Assembly (NCBI RefSeq): GCF_004010195.1
Contig: NC_057719.1
Span: forward strand, 33,725,958 to 33,782,907
Origin: Chiloscyllium plagiosum
Lineage: Eukaryota
DNA length: 56,950 bases
Direction: 5' to 3'
A model generated the notes under the pieces. It had not been told where the DNA came from and searched no databases. It saw only the letters and a program-made list of their open reading frames with translations. A program made the position numbers and the translations under genes. How positions within the stretch are numbered: position 1 is the first letter of the stretch; the number at the start of each line of letters is the position of its first letter. Below are positions 1 to 10,130 of the stretch, piece by piece.

Positions 1-88
1 TGAGGGTATGGGTGGGTTCGCGTCGGTGTGGACTTGTTGGGCCGAAGGGCCTGTTTCCACACTGTAATGTAATCTAATCTAATCTAAA
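1..88 (+). mobile_element. HE1-type tRNA-derived SINE, 3' end
   Basis: GTGGACTTGTTGGGCCGAAGGGCCTGTTTCCACACTGTA followed by an (AATCT)n tail; the same end recurs in the other SINE copies in the window. Confidence 0.8.
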
Positions 89-99
89 TTTTCATTAGA

Positions 100-590
100 A
101 ATATGGAGGTTGAAGGGGGACCTGATTGAGGTCTACAGAATCATGACAGGTATAGACAGGGTGGATAGCAAGAAGCTTTTTCACAGAGTGGGGGACTCAA
201 TTTATAGGGGTCACAAGTTCAAAGTGAGAGGGGAGGTATGCGTGGAAAGTTCTTTACGGGATAAATGTAGGGGGATTGGTCTGGGTGGCTTGTTCTTCGG
301 AGGGTCAGTGTGAACTTGTTGAGCTGAATGGCCTGTTTCCCACACTGTAGGGAATCTAATCTAATCTATGCAGAGGGTGGTGGGTGCCTGGAACACGTTG
401 CCAGCTGAGGTGGTAGAGGTGGGCATGATAGCATCATTTAAGATATATCTAGACAGGTACATGAATGGGCAGGGAGCAAAGGGGTACAGACTCTTAGAAA
501 ATTGGCAATAGGTTTAGATAGAGGATCTGGGTTGGCACAGGCTTGGAGGGCCAAAGGGCTCATTCCTGTGCTGTCATTTTCTTTGTTGTT
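100..590 (+). mobile_element. CR1-type LINE 3' fragment interrupted by a SINE 3' piece (~259-368)
   Basis: ORF 110-313 begins KGDLIEVYRIMTGIDRVD..RGHKFKVRG (CR1 ORF2 C-terminus); CR1 sequence resumes at GCAGAGGGTGGTGGGTGCCTGGAAC after the AATCT tail. Confidence 0.8.
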
Positions 591-990
591 CATTCTTACT
601 GGAATTTCACGCAGGAAGAATAAAGAGGCAGCTCCTGACTTTGTAAGTACCAAAACCATGGCGTTCTGCCAAGGTCACCAATTAAAATTGCCAACAGGAA
701 TGCTGCAGCTGGATATAGATCCAGCTCCTTCCCACATTCCAGAGCAAGCCTGTGCAGCAGTAATACATGACACAAAGAAAGGTCCCTAACTGGCAGGAGA
801 GCACACACAGAAACCATTGTCAAGTAGCAAGGCAGAAATTACCTGGAATGCAGAATATACCTCAAGCTGGTCCAGCACCCAGTGCAGAAAGAGACAGTGA
901 TTTTCCAGAGATATCATAGAAAATCACTATGGCACGGACCATTCAGATCATTGTATCTGCAGCAGATCTCCTTTGAACATTGAACAACTG

Positions 991-2103
991 TGTGGGAAAT
1001 CATGTCTCACAAACTTGATTGAGTTTTTTGAAGAAGTAACAAAGAAGATTGATGAGGGCAGAGCAGTAGATGTGATCTATATGGACTTCAGTAAGGCGTT
1101 CGACAAGGTTCCCCATGGGAGACTGATTAGCAAGGTTAGATCTCATGGAATACAGGGAGAACTAGCCATTTGGAAACAGAACTGGCTCAAAGGTAGAAGA
1201 CAGAGGATGGTGGTGGAGGGGTGTTTTTCAAACTGGAGGCCTGTGACCAGTGGNNNNNNNNNNNNNNNNNNNNNNNNNNNNNNNNNNNNNNNNNNNNNNN
1301 NNNNNNNNNNNNNNNNNNNNNNNNNNNNNNNNNNNNNNNNNNNNNNNNNNNNNNNNNNNNNNNNNNNNNNNNNNNNNNNNNNNAATCTTAGCAGGACTTA
1401 TACACTTAATGGTAAGGTCCTAGGGAGTGTTGCTGAACAAAGAGACCTTGAAGTGCAGGTTCATAGCTCCTTGAAAGTGGAGTCGCAGGTAGATAGGATA
1501 GTGAAGAAGGCGTTTGGTATATTTTCCTTTATAGGTCAGAGTATTGAGTACAGGAGTTGGGAGGTCATGTTGGAATATTGCGTGCAATTCTGGTCTCCTT
1601 CCTATCGCAAAGATGCTGTGAAACTTGAAAGAGTTCAGAAAAGATTTACAAGGATGTTGCCAGGGTTGGAGGATTTGAGCTACAAGGAGAGGCTGAACAG
1701 GCTGGGGCTGTTTTCCCTAGAGCATCTGATGCTGATGGGTGACCTTATAGAAGTTTACAAAATTATGGATAGGGTAAATCGGCAAAGTCTTTTCCCTGGG
1801 GTCGGGGAGTCCAGAACTAGAGGGCATAGGTTTAAGGTGAGAGGGGAAAGATATAAAAGAGACCTAAGGGGCAACTTTTTCACGCAGAGGGTGTACGTGT
1901 ATGGAATGAGCTGCCAGAGGAAGTGGTGGAGGCTGGTACAATTGTAACATTTGAGAGGCATTTGAATGGGTATATGAATAGAAAAGGTTTGGAGGGATAT
2001 GGGTCGGGTGCCGGCAGGTGGGACTCGAGTGGGTTAGGATATCTGATCGGCATGGACGGGTTGGACCAAAGGGTCTGTTTCCATGCTGTACATCTCTATG
2101 ACT
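991..2103 (+). mobile_element. 5'-truncated CR1/HER1-type LINE (RT domain and 3' UTR), spans assembly gap
   Basis: SCLTNLIEFFEEVT..VDVIYMDFSKAFDKVPH and LEYCVQFWSP..LERVQKRFTRMLPGL motifs; ends in TCTATGAC tail. Confidence 0.9.
1254..1383. other. Assembly gap (130 N)
   Basis: run of N. Confidence 1.
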
Positions 2104-2109
2104 AACTCA

Positions 2110-3306
2110 CCTTCATTCTCCTCATAGTCTTGCACTATCTTCCTTTTCAGGAAGTTTCCTTCTTGAAAACTTCAATTAAAGCTGGCTCCACTATATTCCC
2201 ATTGCAAAAAATTCAATATTTTAACCACTTGCTGCATCAAAAAATGATTTCTGCATGTTGTACTGCTTGTTTGCCTGTACCTTAAATCGGTCCTCTTTTG
2301 TTCTGAATCACTTCACCAATGGGAACAGATTTTCCCCTTTCAACTCCAGATATTTTCCTTCCCAACCTGCTCAGAGATGTTGTTACAACCACTGGAATGG
2401 GATGGTACTTGGGCCCAGGTCTCTGGTTCAGAAGTAGGAACATAACTATTACATTACAATAGGCTCCATAGCCCTTTCTGCTCTATCCAAAACCTCCTAA
2501 TGTTGAACACTTGTATCAAATCTCCTTTCACCCTTTCACCCTCCAAGGAAATCAGCCTGCAATATCTCAATCTTTCAATGGAACTGAGGTTCCTTAATGC
2601 TGGAACTGCTCTCATGATTGTTTTCTGCAGTCACTTTAATCTCTCCACAGCTTCTTAAAAGTGAGGCATCCAGAACTGGATTCAATATTCCAAAATAATA
2701 CTCAATGGAAGTAAACATAACTTCATTGCCTTTACAATCTAGACCCTATTGATATAGCTTTGGGAACTGTGTGCTTTATTAGCTATTCTCTCAAACTCAA
2801 CCTGCCCTCCACGTTCAATGAATTGTGCAGATATACAGCAAGGTCTCTCTTTAGAACTGTATCTTTTTTTTATCTTTTTATTATCCATGTTGTTCCTACC
2901 TAAGTGAATCTTTTCACATTTCTCAGAGTTAGGTTTAATTTGCCACCTGGGTGAAAGTGAGTACTGCAGATGCTGGAGATCAGAGTCAAGATTAGAGTGG
3001 TGCTGGAAAAGCACAGCAGGTCAGGCAGCATCCAAGGAGCAGGAACTTCCTGATGAAGGGCGTTTGCCCAAAAAGTTAATTTTTCTGCTCCTCAGATGCT
3101 GCCTAACCTGCTGTGCTTTTCCAGCGTCACTCTAATCTTAATTTGCCACCTATCTGTCCATTCTGTCAGCGTGCCTATGTCCTTTTGAAATATGACCCTA
3201 TTCTCCTTAATGAACACAATGCTTCCAAGTTTCATATAATCTAGGAACTTTGAACTGATGCCCTGTATTTCAAGATCTCAATCTTAAAATATATTATCAG
3301 GAAGAG
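2110..3306 (-). mobile_element. Old, decayed CR1-type LINE hosting later insertions
   Basis: minus-strand ORF 2739-3014 contains WQIKPNSEKCEKIHLGRNN (CR1 WQM.FN..KC.V.H.G motif). Confidence 0.6.
2949..3137. mobile_element. Fold-back mini Penelope-like element
   Basis: inverted arms GATTAGAGTGGTGCTGGAAAAGCACAGC / GCTGTGCTTTTCCAGCGTCACTCTAATC; degenerate CTGATGA-GGGC..GCCC-AAAA core; TSD TTAATTTGCCACCT at 2935-2948 and 3138-3151. Confidence 0.85.
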
Positions 3307-3320
3307 CAACATTCACCCCT

Positions 3321-3591
3321 GTGCATTTTGGGAAAGCAAATCTTAGCAGGACTTATACACTTAATGGTAAGGTCCTAGGGAGTGTTGCTGAACAAAGAGA
3401 CCTTGAAGTGCAGATTCATAGCTCCTTGAAAGTGGAGTCGCAGGTAGATAGGATAGTGAAGAAGGCGTTTGGTATATTTTCCTTTATAGGTCAGAGTATT
3501 GAGTACAGGAGTTGGGAGGTCATGTTGGAATATTGCGTGCAATTCTGGTCTCCTTCCTATCGCAAAGATGTTGTGAAACTTGAAAGGGTTC
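3321..3591 (+). repeat. Local duplicate of an internal CR1 segment (copy of ~1384-1635)
   Basis: near-identical to the post-gap CR1 including its internal deletion; flanked by 18-bp direct repeat CAACATTCACCCCTGTGC (3307-3324, 3592-3609). Confidence 0.85.
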
Positions 3592-4283
3592 CAACATTCA
3601 CCCCTGTGCTCCAATGGTGTACAGATGCCACTTGATCCATTGACCTGCATCTAGTTTAGTACTTTACTCCCGAACAATATGAAAACCAAGAAGGATATCA
3701 TGGAGAGAGATGACATAGTCTAAACAGTTCAGCACCATGTAGATTTATATAGATTCATCAGAGTGTTGTTAAGGGAATGGCCCCACAAACATTTGCTCAA
3801 ATGTAAGGTGTGAAGTTTAGAATAATGCCCTCATAAAACATTCACACTTGGAGAGATAATCCCTCAGTCTGGAAGACCAAATTATTTTTTAAACTTGAAG
3901 CCAAAAATGGCTACTCATTAATGCACTTGAAGAAGACATCCCAGGACTAAGGACATACTTCTTTCAGTAGATACTATTTCCAAAGGTTGCCGTTTATGCT
4001 CACCTTAAGCCAGGATGTTTTACCATAAGAAATGGACAGCACCATGTGAAAATCACGTGTTACATCAATATAGTAGACAGCCTTGTTATTGCTGGCACAA
4101 GCAAAAACCATTGTTGAAATTTGCACATTTTGATGTATGAAGTGTGGAGTCAACCAGGCCACCACTTGCTCCTAGATGTCATAAAATTGCAGATCATGTG
4201 GTTTAACTGAAAAACCCTTCACCCCAGTATGCTGTCAAACACGGTGGCTCAGTGGTTAGCACTGCTGCCTCATAATGCCAGTG

Positions 4284-4640
4284 GAGAAAGTGAGGACTGA
4301 AGATGCTGGAGAAACTGGAGTTTCTCCAGTTTCCTCATTTCCCCTCCCCCCACCTTGTCTCAGTCAAATCCCTCGAACTCAGCATCGCCTTCCTAACCTG
4401 CAATCTTCTTCCTGACCTCTCCGCCCCCACCCCACTCCGGTCTATCACCCTCACCTTGACCTCCTTCCACCTATCGCATTTCCAACGCCCCTCCCCCAAG
4501 TCTCTCCTCCCTACCTTTTATCTTAGCCTGCTGGACACACTTTCCTCATTCCTGAAGAAGGGCTTATGCCCGAAACGTCGATTCTCCTGTTCCTTGGATG
4601 CTGCCTGACCTGCTGTGCTTTTCCAGCAACACATTTTCAG
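4284..4640 (+). mobile_element. PLE pseudo-LTR fragment with short 5' inverted end
   Basis: pyrimidine-rich 3' region plus hammerhead core; starts with inverted GGAGAAAGTGAGGACTG; 15-bp TSD CTCA(T/C)AATGCCAGTG at 4269-4283 and 4641-4655. Confidence 0.85.
4552..4579 (+). ncRNA. Minimal hammerhead ribozyme motif (PLE-associated)
   Basis: CTGAAGA-A-GGGC(TTAT)GCCC-GAAA-CG-TC: intact CUGANGA and GAAA boxes, stem II, palindromic ACGT in place of stem III; stem I weak. Confidence 0.7.
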
Positions 4641-5539
4641 CTCACAATGCCAGTGACCAGGGTTCAATTCCAACCTTGGCCAACTGCCTGTGTGGTGTTT
4701 GCATGTTCTCCCTGTGTCTGCATGGGTTTCCTCTGGCTGCTCTGGTTTCCTCCCACAACCCAAAGATGTGCATATTAGGTGAATTGGCTGCTTTGCCCAT
4801 AGCATTAGTCAGGGGTAAATGTAGAAAAATAGGACGGGGAAATAGGTCTGGGTGGGTTACCCTTCAGAGGGTCAGTATGGACTTATTGGGCCTGTTTCCA
4901 CACTGTAGGGATTCTATGATTTAAACAAAACATGGTTGACATGTAGCTATGCTGCACCTTAGAGTGACATTACTTATTGTGACTGTTCTCTCACCCACAG
5001 AATCTCTAGTTGGCAGACACATATTGGACAACCTTCCCTTACTAGTTACTGATACATGATCATTACTGGAAAAACATGGGATTATGAAAAATGTCAATAA
5101 CTAATAGGTGGGTAATGAAATATCCAACCTGAATGTCAGTCAAAAATTAGAGAATAACACCCAATTGATGGCACATGCAATCAATCGGAAATTGTCAGCC
5201 TATGCCCAGAACCTAGATTGTAAAGCATACAAACTCCAATTGGCAATGAGCTGAAACAGATGTCAAATCAGAGCAATGCCACAACTATAGTCACCGAGTA
5301 TTCAGATTTCAAACAGAATGCAACCCAAAACAGCACATTTATCCATAGCCAGCATTCCGAAAACACACACCAGCATCTGGGCAAGAGTACTGTAGCTAAG
5401 TCTTGATGGATAATCAAATTACTGATGCATATTGGAGTCTTGTAAGTCTAATGCTTTGTATCAGAGCATTTTTAAACACAATGTTATTTCCTTTTGCAGT
5501 CATGTAAATTGTTTGATTCTTTATAAGTACATTTTTAGT

Positions 5540-6097
5540 TTAGAAAAAAAAAGGATGTTGTGATATGATGTAGCTTTTAAGCGAGTATATTTTAAACTGC
5601 TTTCAGTCATGATACCTGAGACAGGATGTGATGTTGTAGTGAAAAACCAACAAATAGGTTGCATGAATCGGTAAAAATGCAGCAAGTGGAATATCATGTC
5701 AGAAAAAAATGTGAAAATGTGCATTTTGGTTGGAAGAACAAAATAAATCACATTGTCAAAATGGTGAGAGTTTTCTGAGCTCTGAGGGAACAGGAGGATT
5801 TGGCCATCCTCGCGTGTGAATTGTAAAAGCTTAATATAGAAGTCCAGCAAGTAATTTGTAAAACTAACCACAAACTAAACTGATAACTGATGTTATTACT
5901 TAATCACAAGAGGAATTGAATAGAAAACTAGGAAGATTGTACTTCAGGTGTACAGGGTGCAGATGAGAAGTTACCTGGAATAGGGTATTGTTGATCTAAT
6001 TTAGGAATGTCTTAATTGCATTGAAAACAGTTCAGAGAAGGTTGACTCAATTTTTACCTGGAGTTGAATAAGACAGGAAAGGTTCTTTATGAGGAAC
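5540..6097 (+). mobile_element. Decayed CR1-type LINE fragment (resumes briefly at ~7524-7555)
   Basis: degenerate AATGTGCATTTTGGT and GCATTGAAAACAGTTCAGAGAAGGTT motifs (V.HFG; ALE.VQRR). Confidence 0.55.
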
Positions 6098-7155
6098 ATC
6101 AGTTTTTATTCTGGATAAAAGCAAATTACTGCTGATGCTGGAATCTGAAACCAAAAGAGAAAATGCTGGAAAATCTCAGCAGGTCTGGCAGCATCTATAA
6201 GGAGAGAAAAGAGCTAACATTTTGAGTCTAACTGACCCTTTGTCAAAGCTAAAAAAAAGGGAGAAATAGGGAGATATTTATACTCAGCTGAGAGAAGGTG
6301 AGTCATGACTCCAGAAGCAAAGGTAGCAATAAAGAGGTGACAATGACAGTGCATAGAGAGATTATAGGGAGATTAGGAGCTGGGAATGACCAAGGCTGAA
6401 GCCAACGCTATGTGACAAAATATGTGGGGGATGTGGGGGGGGAATGGGTGAAGCAGAGGCAAATGGAAAACAGGGGAGAAGGGTAGGAAAGGGGGAAGAG
6501 GAGAGGAAAAAGGTGATGAGAGAGAGTGGGGAGCCAGAGAAAGAGAGACAACCAAGAAGTAAGAGGCACAGTACAGTGAAAAAAAAAGGATAAATAAATT
6601 AAAATAAAATTACGGAGCAGAATGAAAACAGAGGGGTCGAGATGGGGTAATCATTTGAAGTTGTTGAATTCAATGTTGAGACGGTAGGCTCAACACAGAC
6701 TGGACGAACAGCATCTCATCTTCTGACTAGGCACGTTACAGTCTGCCGGTCTCAACATTGAATTCAACAACTTCAGATGATCATCCCATCTCGACCCCTC
6801 TGTTTTCATTCTGGTCCGTAATTTTATTTAATTTATTTGATTTATCTTTTTTTATATTTTTTTCACTGTTCTGTACCTCTTACTTCTCGGTTGTCTCTCT
6901 TTCTCTCGCTCCCCACTCTCTCTCATCATCTTTTTCCTCTCATCTTCCCCCTTTACTACTCTTCTCCCCTGTTTTCCATTTTGCCTCTGCTTCACCCATT
7001 CTCCCCCCACATCCCCCACATATTTTGTCATATAGTACCGGCTCCAGCCTTGGTCATTCGCAGCTCCTAATCTCCCTATAATCTCTCTATGCACTGTTAT
7101 TATCCCCCTCTTTATTGCTACCTTTGCTTCTGCAGCCATGACTCACCTTATCTCA

Positions 7156-7368
7156 GGAGAAAGTGAGGACTGCACATGCTGGAGACCAGAGTTGAAAAAT
7201 GTGGTGCTGGAAAAACACAGCAGGACAGGCAGCATCCGAGGAGCAGGAGAATCGATGTTTTGGGCATAAACCCTTCTTCCTGAAGAAGGGTCTATGCCCG
7301 AAACGTCAATTCTCCTGCTCCTCCGATGCTGCCTGTCCTGCTGTGTTTTTCCAGCACCACATTTTTCA
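7156..7368. mobile_element. Fold-back mini-PLE nested in another PLE
   Basis: ~90-bp inverted arms centred on 7280-7281; 16-bp TSD ACTCAC(C/T)TT(A/C)TCTCAG at 7141-7156 and 7369-7384. Confidence 0.85.
7280..7307 (+). ncRNA. Minimal hammerhead ribozyme motif
   Basis: CTGAAGA-AGGGTCTATGCCC-GAAA-CGTC. Confidence 0.6.
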
Positions 7369-7569
7369 ACTCACTTTCTCTCAGCCCAGTATAAATACCT
7401 CCTTTGTTTTAGCTTTGACAAAGGGTCAGTTAGACTCAAAACGTCAGCTCTTTTCTCTCCTTACAGATGCTGCCAGAACTGCTGAGATTTTCCAGCATTT
7501 TCTCTTTTGGTATCAGCTTTTATCCACTGAGTTTAGAACAATAAGAGGTGACCAGCAAGAGTGCAACCA

Positions 7570-8705
7570 GCAAGAATGTGCAATCACTGGGAGTGATTTG
7601 GGAATTTTGGCAAGTGGGGGAGGAAGGCATTGCTGTGTACTTTTTCCAGCTTTCTTTGAAAGGAGCTCCTTTGTGGTGAAGGCATTACTGGCTTGATCTA
7701 AGAGCAGGCCGAGGTGAATACTGAGCTTTGTTAATGAGGACAAGCAGCAACAAGGTAAGGGCTATATTAAGACCTTTCTTTCCCCTGAGTGTGCTGGTTG
7801 TTAAAGGGGCCAAGATGACAGTCAGTGGTGTGGTATTCCCCTCCTATCAGATGTGGGAGATCAGGGAGCAGTCGAGTGTCCCTGGTGACTATCTCTACAG
7901 GAAGTCTGTCTGGCTGGGGATACATGGATCGGTTGGAGTGGCAATTGGAAGCTCTGAGGAACATACATGAGGCAGACAGTGTGATAGACAGTAGCTTCAG
8001 GGAGCTGGTCACACTGTAAGTTCAGTTAGGTAGATGGGTGAACCTCCAGGAGAGATAATCAGGTACTGTACCAGTTTCCTGTGGCTATGCCCCTCTGATA
8101 CCATTTTGTGTTGGGAAGGGTAGCCTCTCAGGGGAAGATAGCAGCAACAGCCAGGTCTTTGGCACCATGACTGGCAAACCAGGACATGGCAAAGTCCTCG
8201 TTAGCATTTGTGATAGGGGACTCTGTCTGCTCAGGGCACAGACAGTCATTACTGCAACTGCCATTGACACTCCAGGATATCATGTTGCCTCCCTGATGTC
8301 AGGGAGTCTCGGAGTGTCTCTCAATGGTTGCAGAAAATTCTCAAAGAGGATCAGAATAGCCAGAAGTCGATGTACAAGTCAGTACCAGCAACATAGTTAG
8401 AAAAAATAATGACGTCCTGCAGAGTGAATATAGGGAGTTAGGCAGGAGGTTAAAAAGCAGAATCTCAAGGTTAGAAATCTCTGAATTACTGCCAGTTTCA
8501 CATGCTGGTGAGAGTAGAAATAGGACAATGGGGCAAATGAATGTGTGGCTGAGGAGCTGGTGCAGGTGGCAGGGATTCAGGTTTTGGGCAGAAGTGGCCT
8601 GTACAAGAGGGTCAGGTTGCACCTGAACTGGAGGGGGATGACTATCCTGGCGGAGAGACTTGCTCGAGTTATTCAGCAGGGTTTAAACTCGTCTGGCAGG
8701 AGAGT
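7570..8705 (+). mobile_element. CR1 5' region / ORF1 (SGNH-esterase-type) relic
   Basis: QMWEIRE, DRLEWQLEALRNIHEADSVIDSSFRELVT, IGDS-like, LYKRVRLHLNWRGMTILAERLAR motifs with frameshifts. Confidence 0.75.
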
Positions 8706-9800
8706 GGGATGCTACTGGAGTGAGACAAGAGGGAAGATACAGAAGTTAAATATATGCATATGAAATTAATTTTCTATGCAGATCGCTATATATTTAAATA
8801 AGGAACTCACATTATTGTTTTATTAATCCTTGTCTTTGATGGTTATGTTAATGTTGGTTACCACCAGTAGAACACCCTCTGCGACACCATGCTCACATCA
8901 ATTTCTTCTATGGCTATATACATTTGAAAGGGGTACTCCCTATCTCTGCCTGAACTGCTGTGCTCTTCCAGCACCACTAATCCAGACTCCCTATCTCCAA
9001 CACTGTCTTGTGAAGGTTCCCTTGCAATTTGTATGCTTCTCTCCCCACTACTGCCTGCAACATTGGCATCCCATCAACTTTCCTGGGCACCTTGTGGTGT
9101 TTGTACTCCCACAAGGACCAGAGTTAAGGGAGATGATACTATGAATTACAGCACTGAAAATGGCAGCTCCTATAGATGATTTGAGCCAATATTTAGTCAA
9201 TGCTTTGCAAACCCATTAAAGTCACTTTTACCTGAACCCAGAAGCAGTGAGATTGAGCAAGTGTTCTGGGCACACAATCCCCCAAAGAAGAGGAGCAGCA
9301 TATGTCCTGTACCCACCCTAGCTGTTGTGCATTTTACAGACTGTGTGCCAAAGGAGACTGTTTGAATAACAGGAGGTCTGCCTTTCTAGGCCTGACAGCT
9401 TATGGACAGCTGGAGCCATCTGTTGTTTGGTCTTTTGAGATACCTTATCCCCAGGGTAATCTGAGGTAGACTGGACTCTTTGCAGCAACAAAAATGATGA
9501 TTTTAGGCCTGTTCATGAGTTTGCATGATATACAATGCCAAGTGATAAGATCAGTGTAGTCATAATCAAGCAGCATCATTTAGGTGCACCCTACTAGCAG
9601 ATTCGATATCAGCTTGCAGAGTGAACAAATAGCATAGACCAGTTTTTTACATGCTTGCTACTGGGGCCATGTTATAGACTGTGGAATTATTGAAATCTGA
9701 ACATTCATATTGTCCTTAAAGGTAGACTTGTGGTAGACAGTAATAGAGAGCCACCTGACTGATTCCTCAACTAGGATATCAAGTAAAGGGAACTCATTTG

Positions 9801-10130
9801 AGGTGGCATGGTGGCTCAGAGGTTAGCACTGCTGCCCGACAGTGTCGGGGACCTGGGTTTGATTCCAGCCTCGGATGACTGTCTGTGTGGAGTTTGCACG
9901 TTTTCCCGGTGTCTGTGTGGGTTTCCTCCAGGTTCTCCGGTTTCCTCCCACAGTCCAATGATGTGCAGGTTAGGTGAATTGGCCATGCAAAATTGCCCAT
10001 CGTGTTCAGGGGCAATATGTGCATTCGTCAAGGGGAATGGGTCTGGGTGGGTTACTGTTCAGAGGGTCGGTGTGGACTTGTTGGGCTGAAGGGCCTGTTT
10101 CCACACTGTAGGGATTCGGATTCTAATTCT
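9801..10130 (+). mobile_element. HE1-type SINE, full length
   Basis: GGTGGCTCAGAGGTTAGC A-box, GGTTTGATTCC B-box, CR1-like tail. Confidence 0.9.

Larger units (their letters stand above)
4240..4921 (+). mobile_element. HE1-type SINE split by a PLE insertion
   Basis: A-box GGTGGCTCAGTGGTTAGC, B-box GGTTCAATTCC after the insert, typical body and tail. Confidence 0.85.
3660..5400 (+). mobile_element. Ancient Ty3/Gypsy pol relic (RT and RNase H), interrupted by SINE/PLE at 4240-4921
   Basis: hand translation gives TLGEIIPQ, KLEAKNGY, RYYFQRLPF..SQDV, IVDSLVIAGTSKNHC*NLHILM in the order of Gypsy RT motifs (KLDAKxGY, RYxFxRLPFG, IxDDIxI..H..NL); weak RNase H-like TFIHSQH downstream. Confidence 0.65.
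6110..7511. mobile_element. Large fold-back Penelope-like element (arms ~6158-6682 and ~6749-7511)
   Basis: arms are reverse complements; 6706-6780 encodes EQHLIF*LGTLQSAGLNIEFNNFR* (PLE GIY-YIG C-terminus); TSD-like ATCAG(T/C)TTTTAT at 6098-6109 and 7512-7523. Confidence 0.85.

Noticed and set aside
973..1947. 324-aa ORF as a functional gene
   Set aside because: Truncated CR1 RT read through a 130-N gap, with internal deletions and a frameshifted end
4240..4283. tRNA genes at SINE heads (also 9801, 16362, 33668)
   Set aside because: A/B boxes continue into SINE bodies with no complete cloverleaf
8860..9780. Possible Harbinger-like transposase relic (also 35280-36500 and 43700-44370)
   Set aside because: Too degenerate to show convincing motifs or TIRs by eye; needs a profile-HMM search
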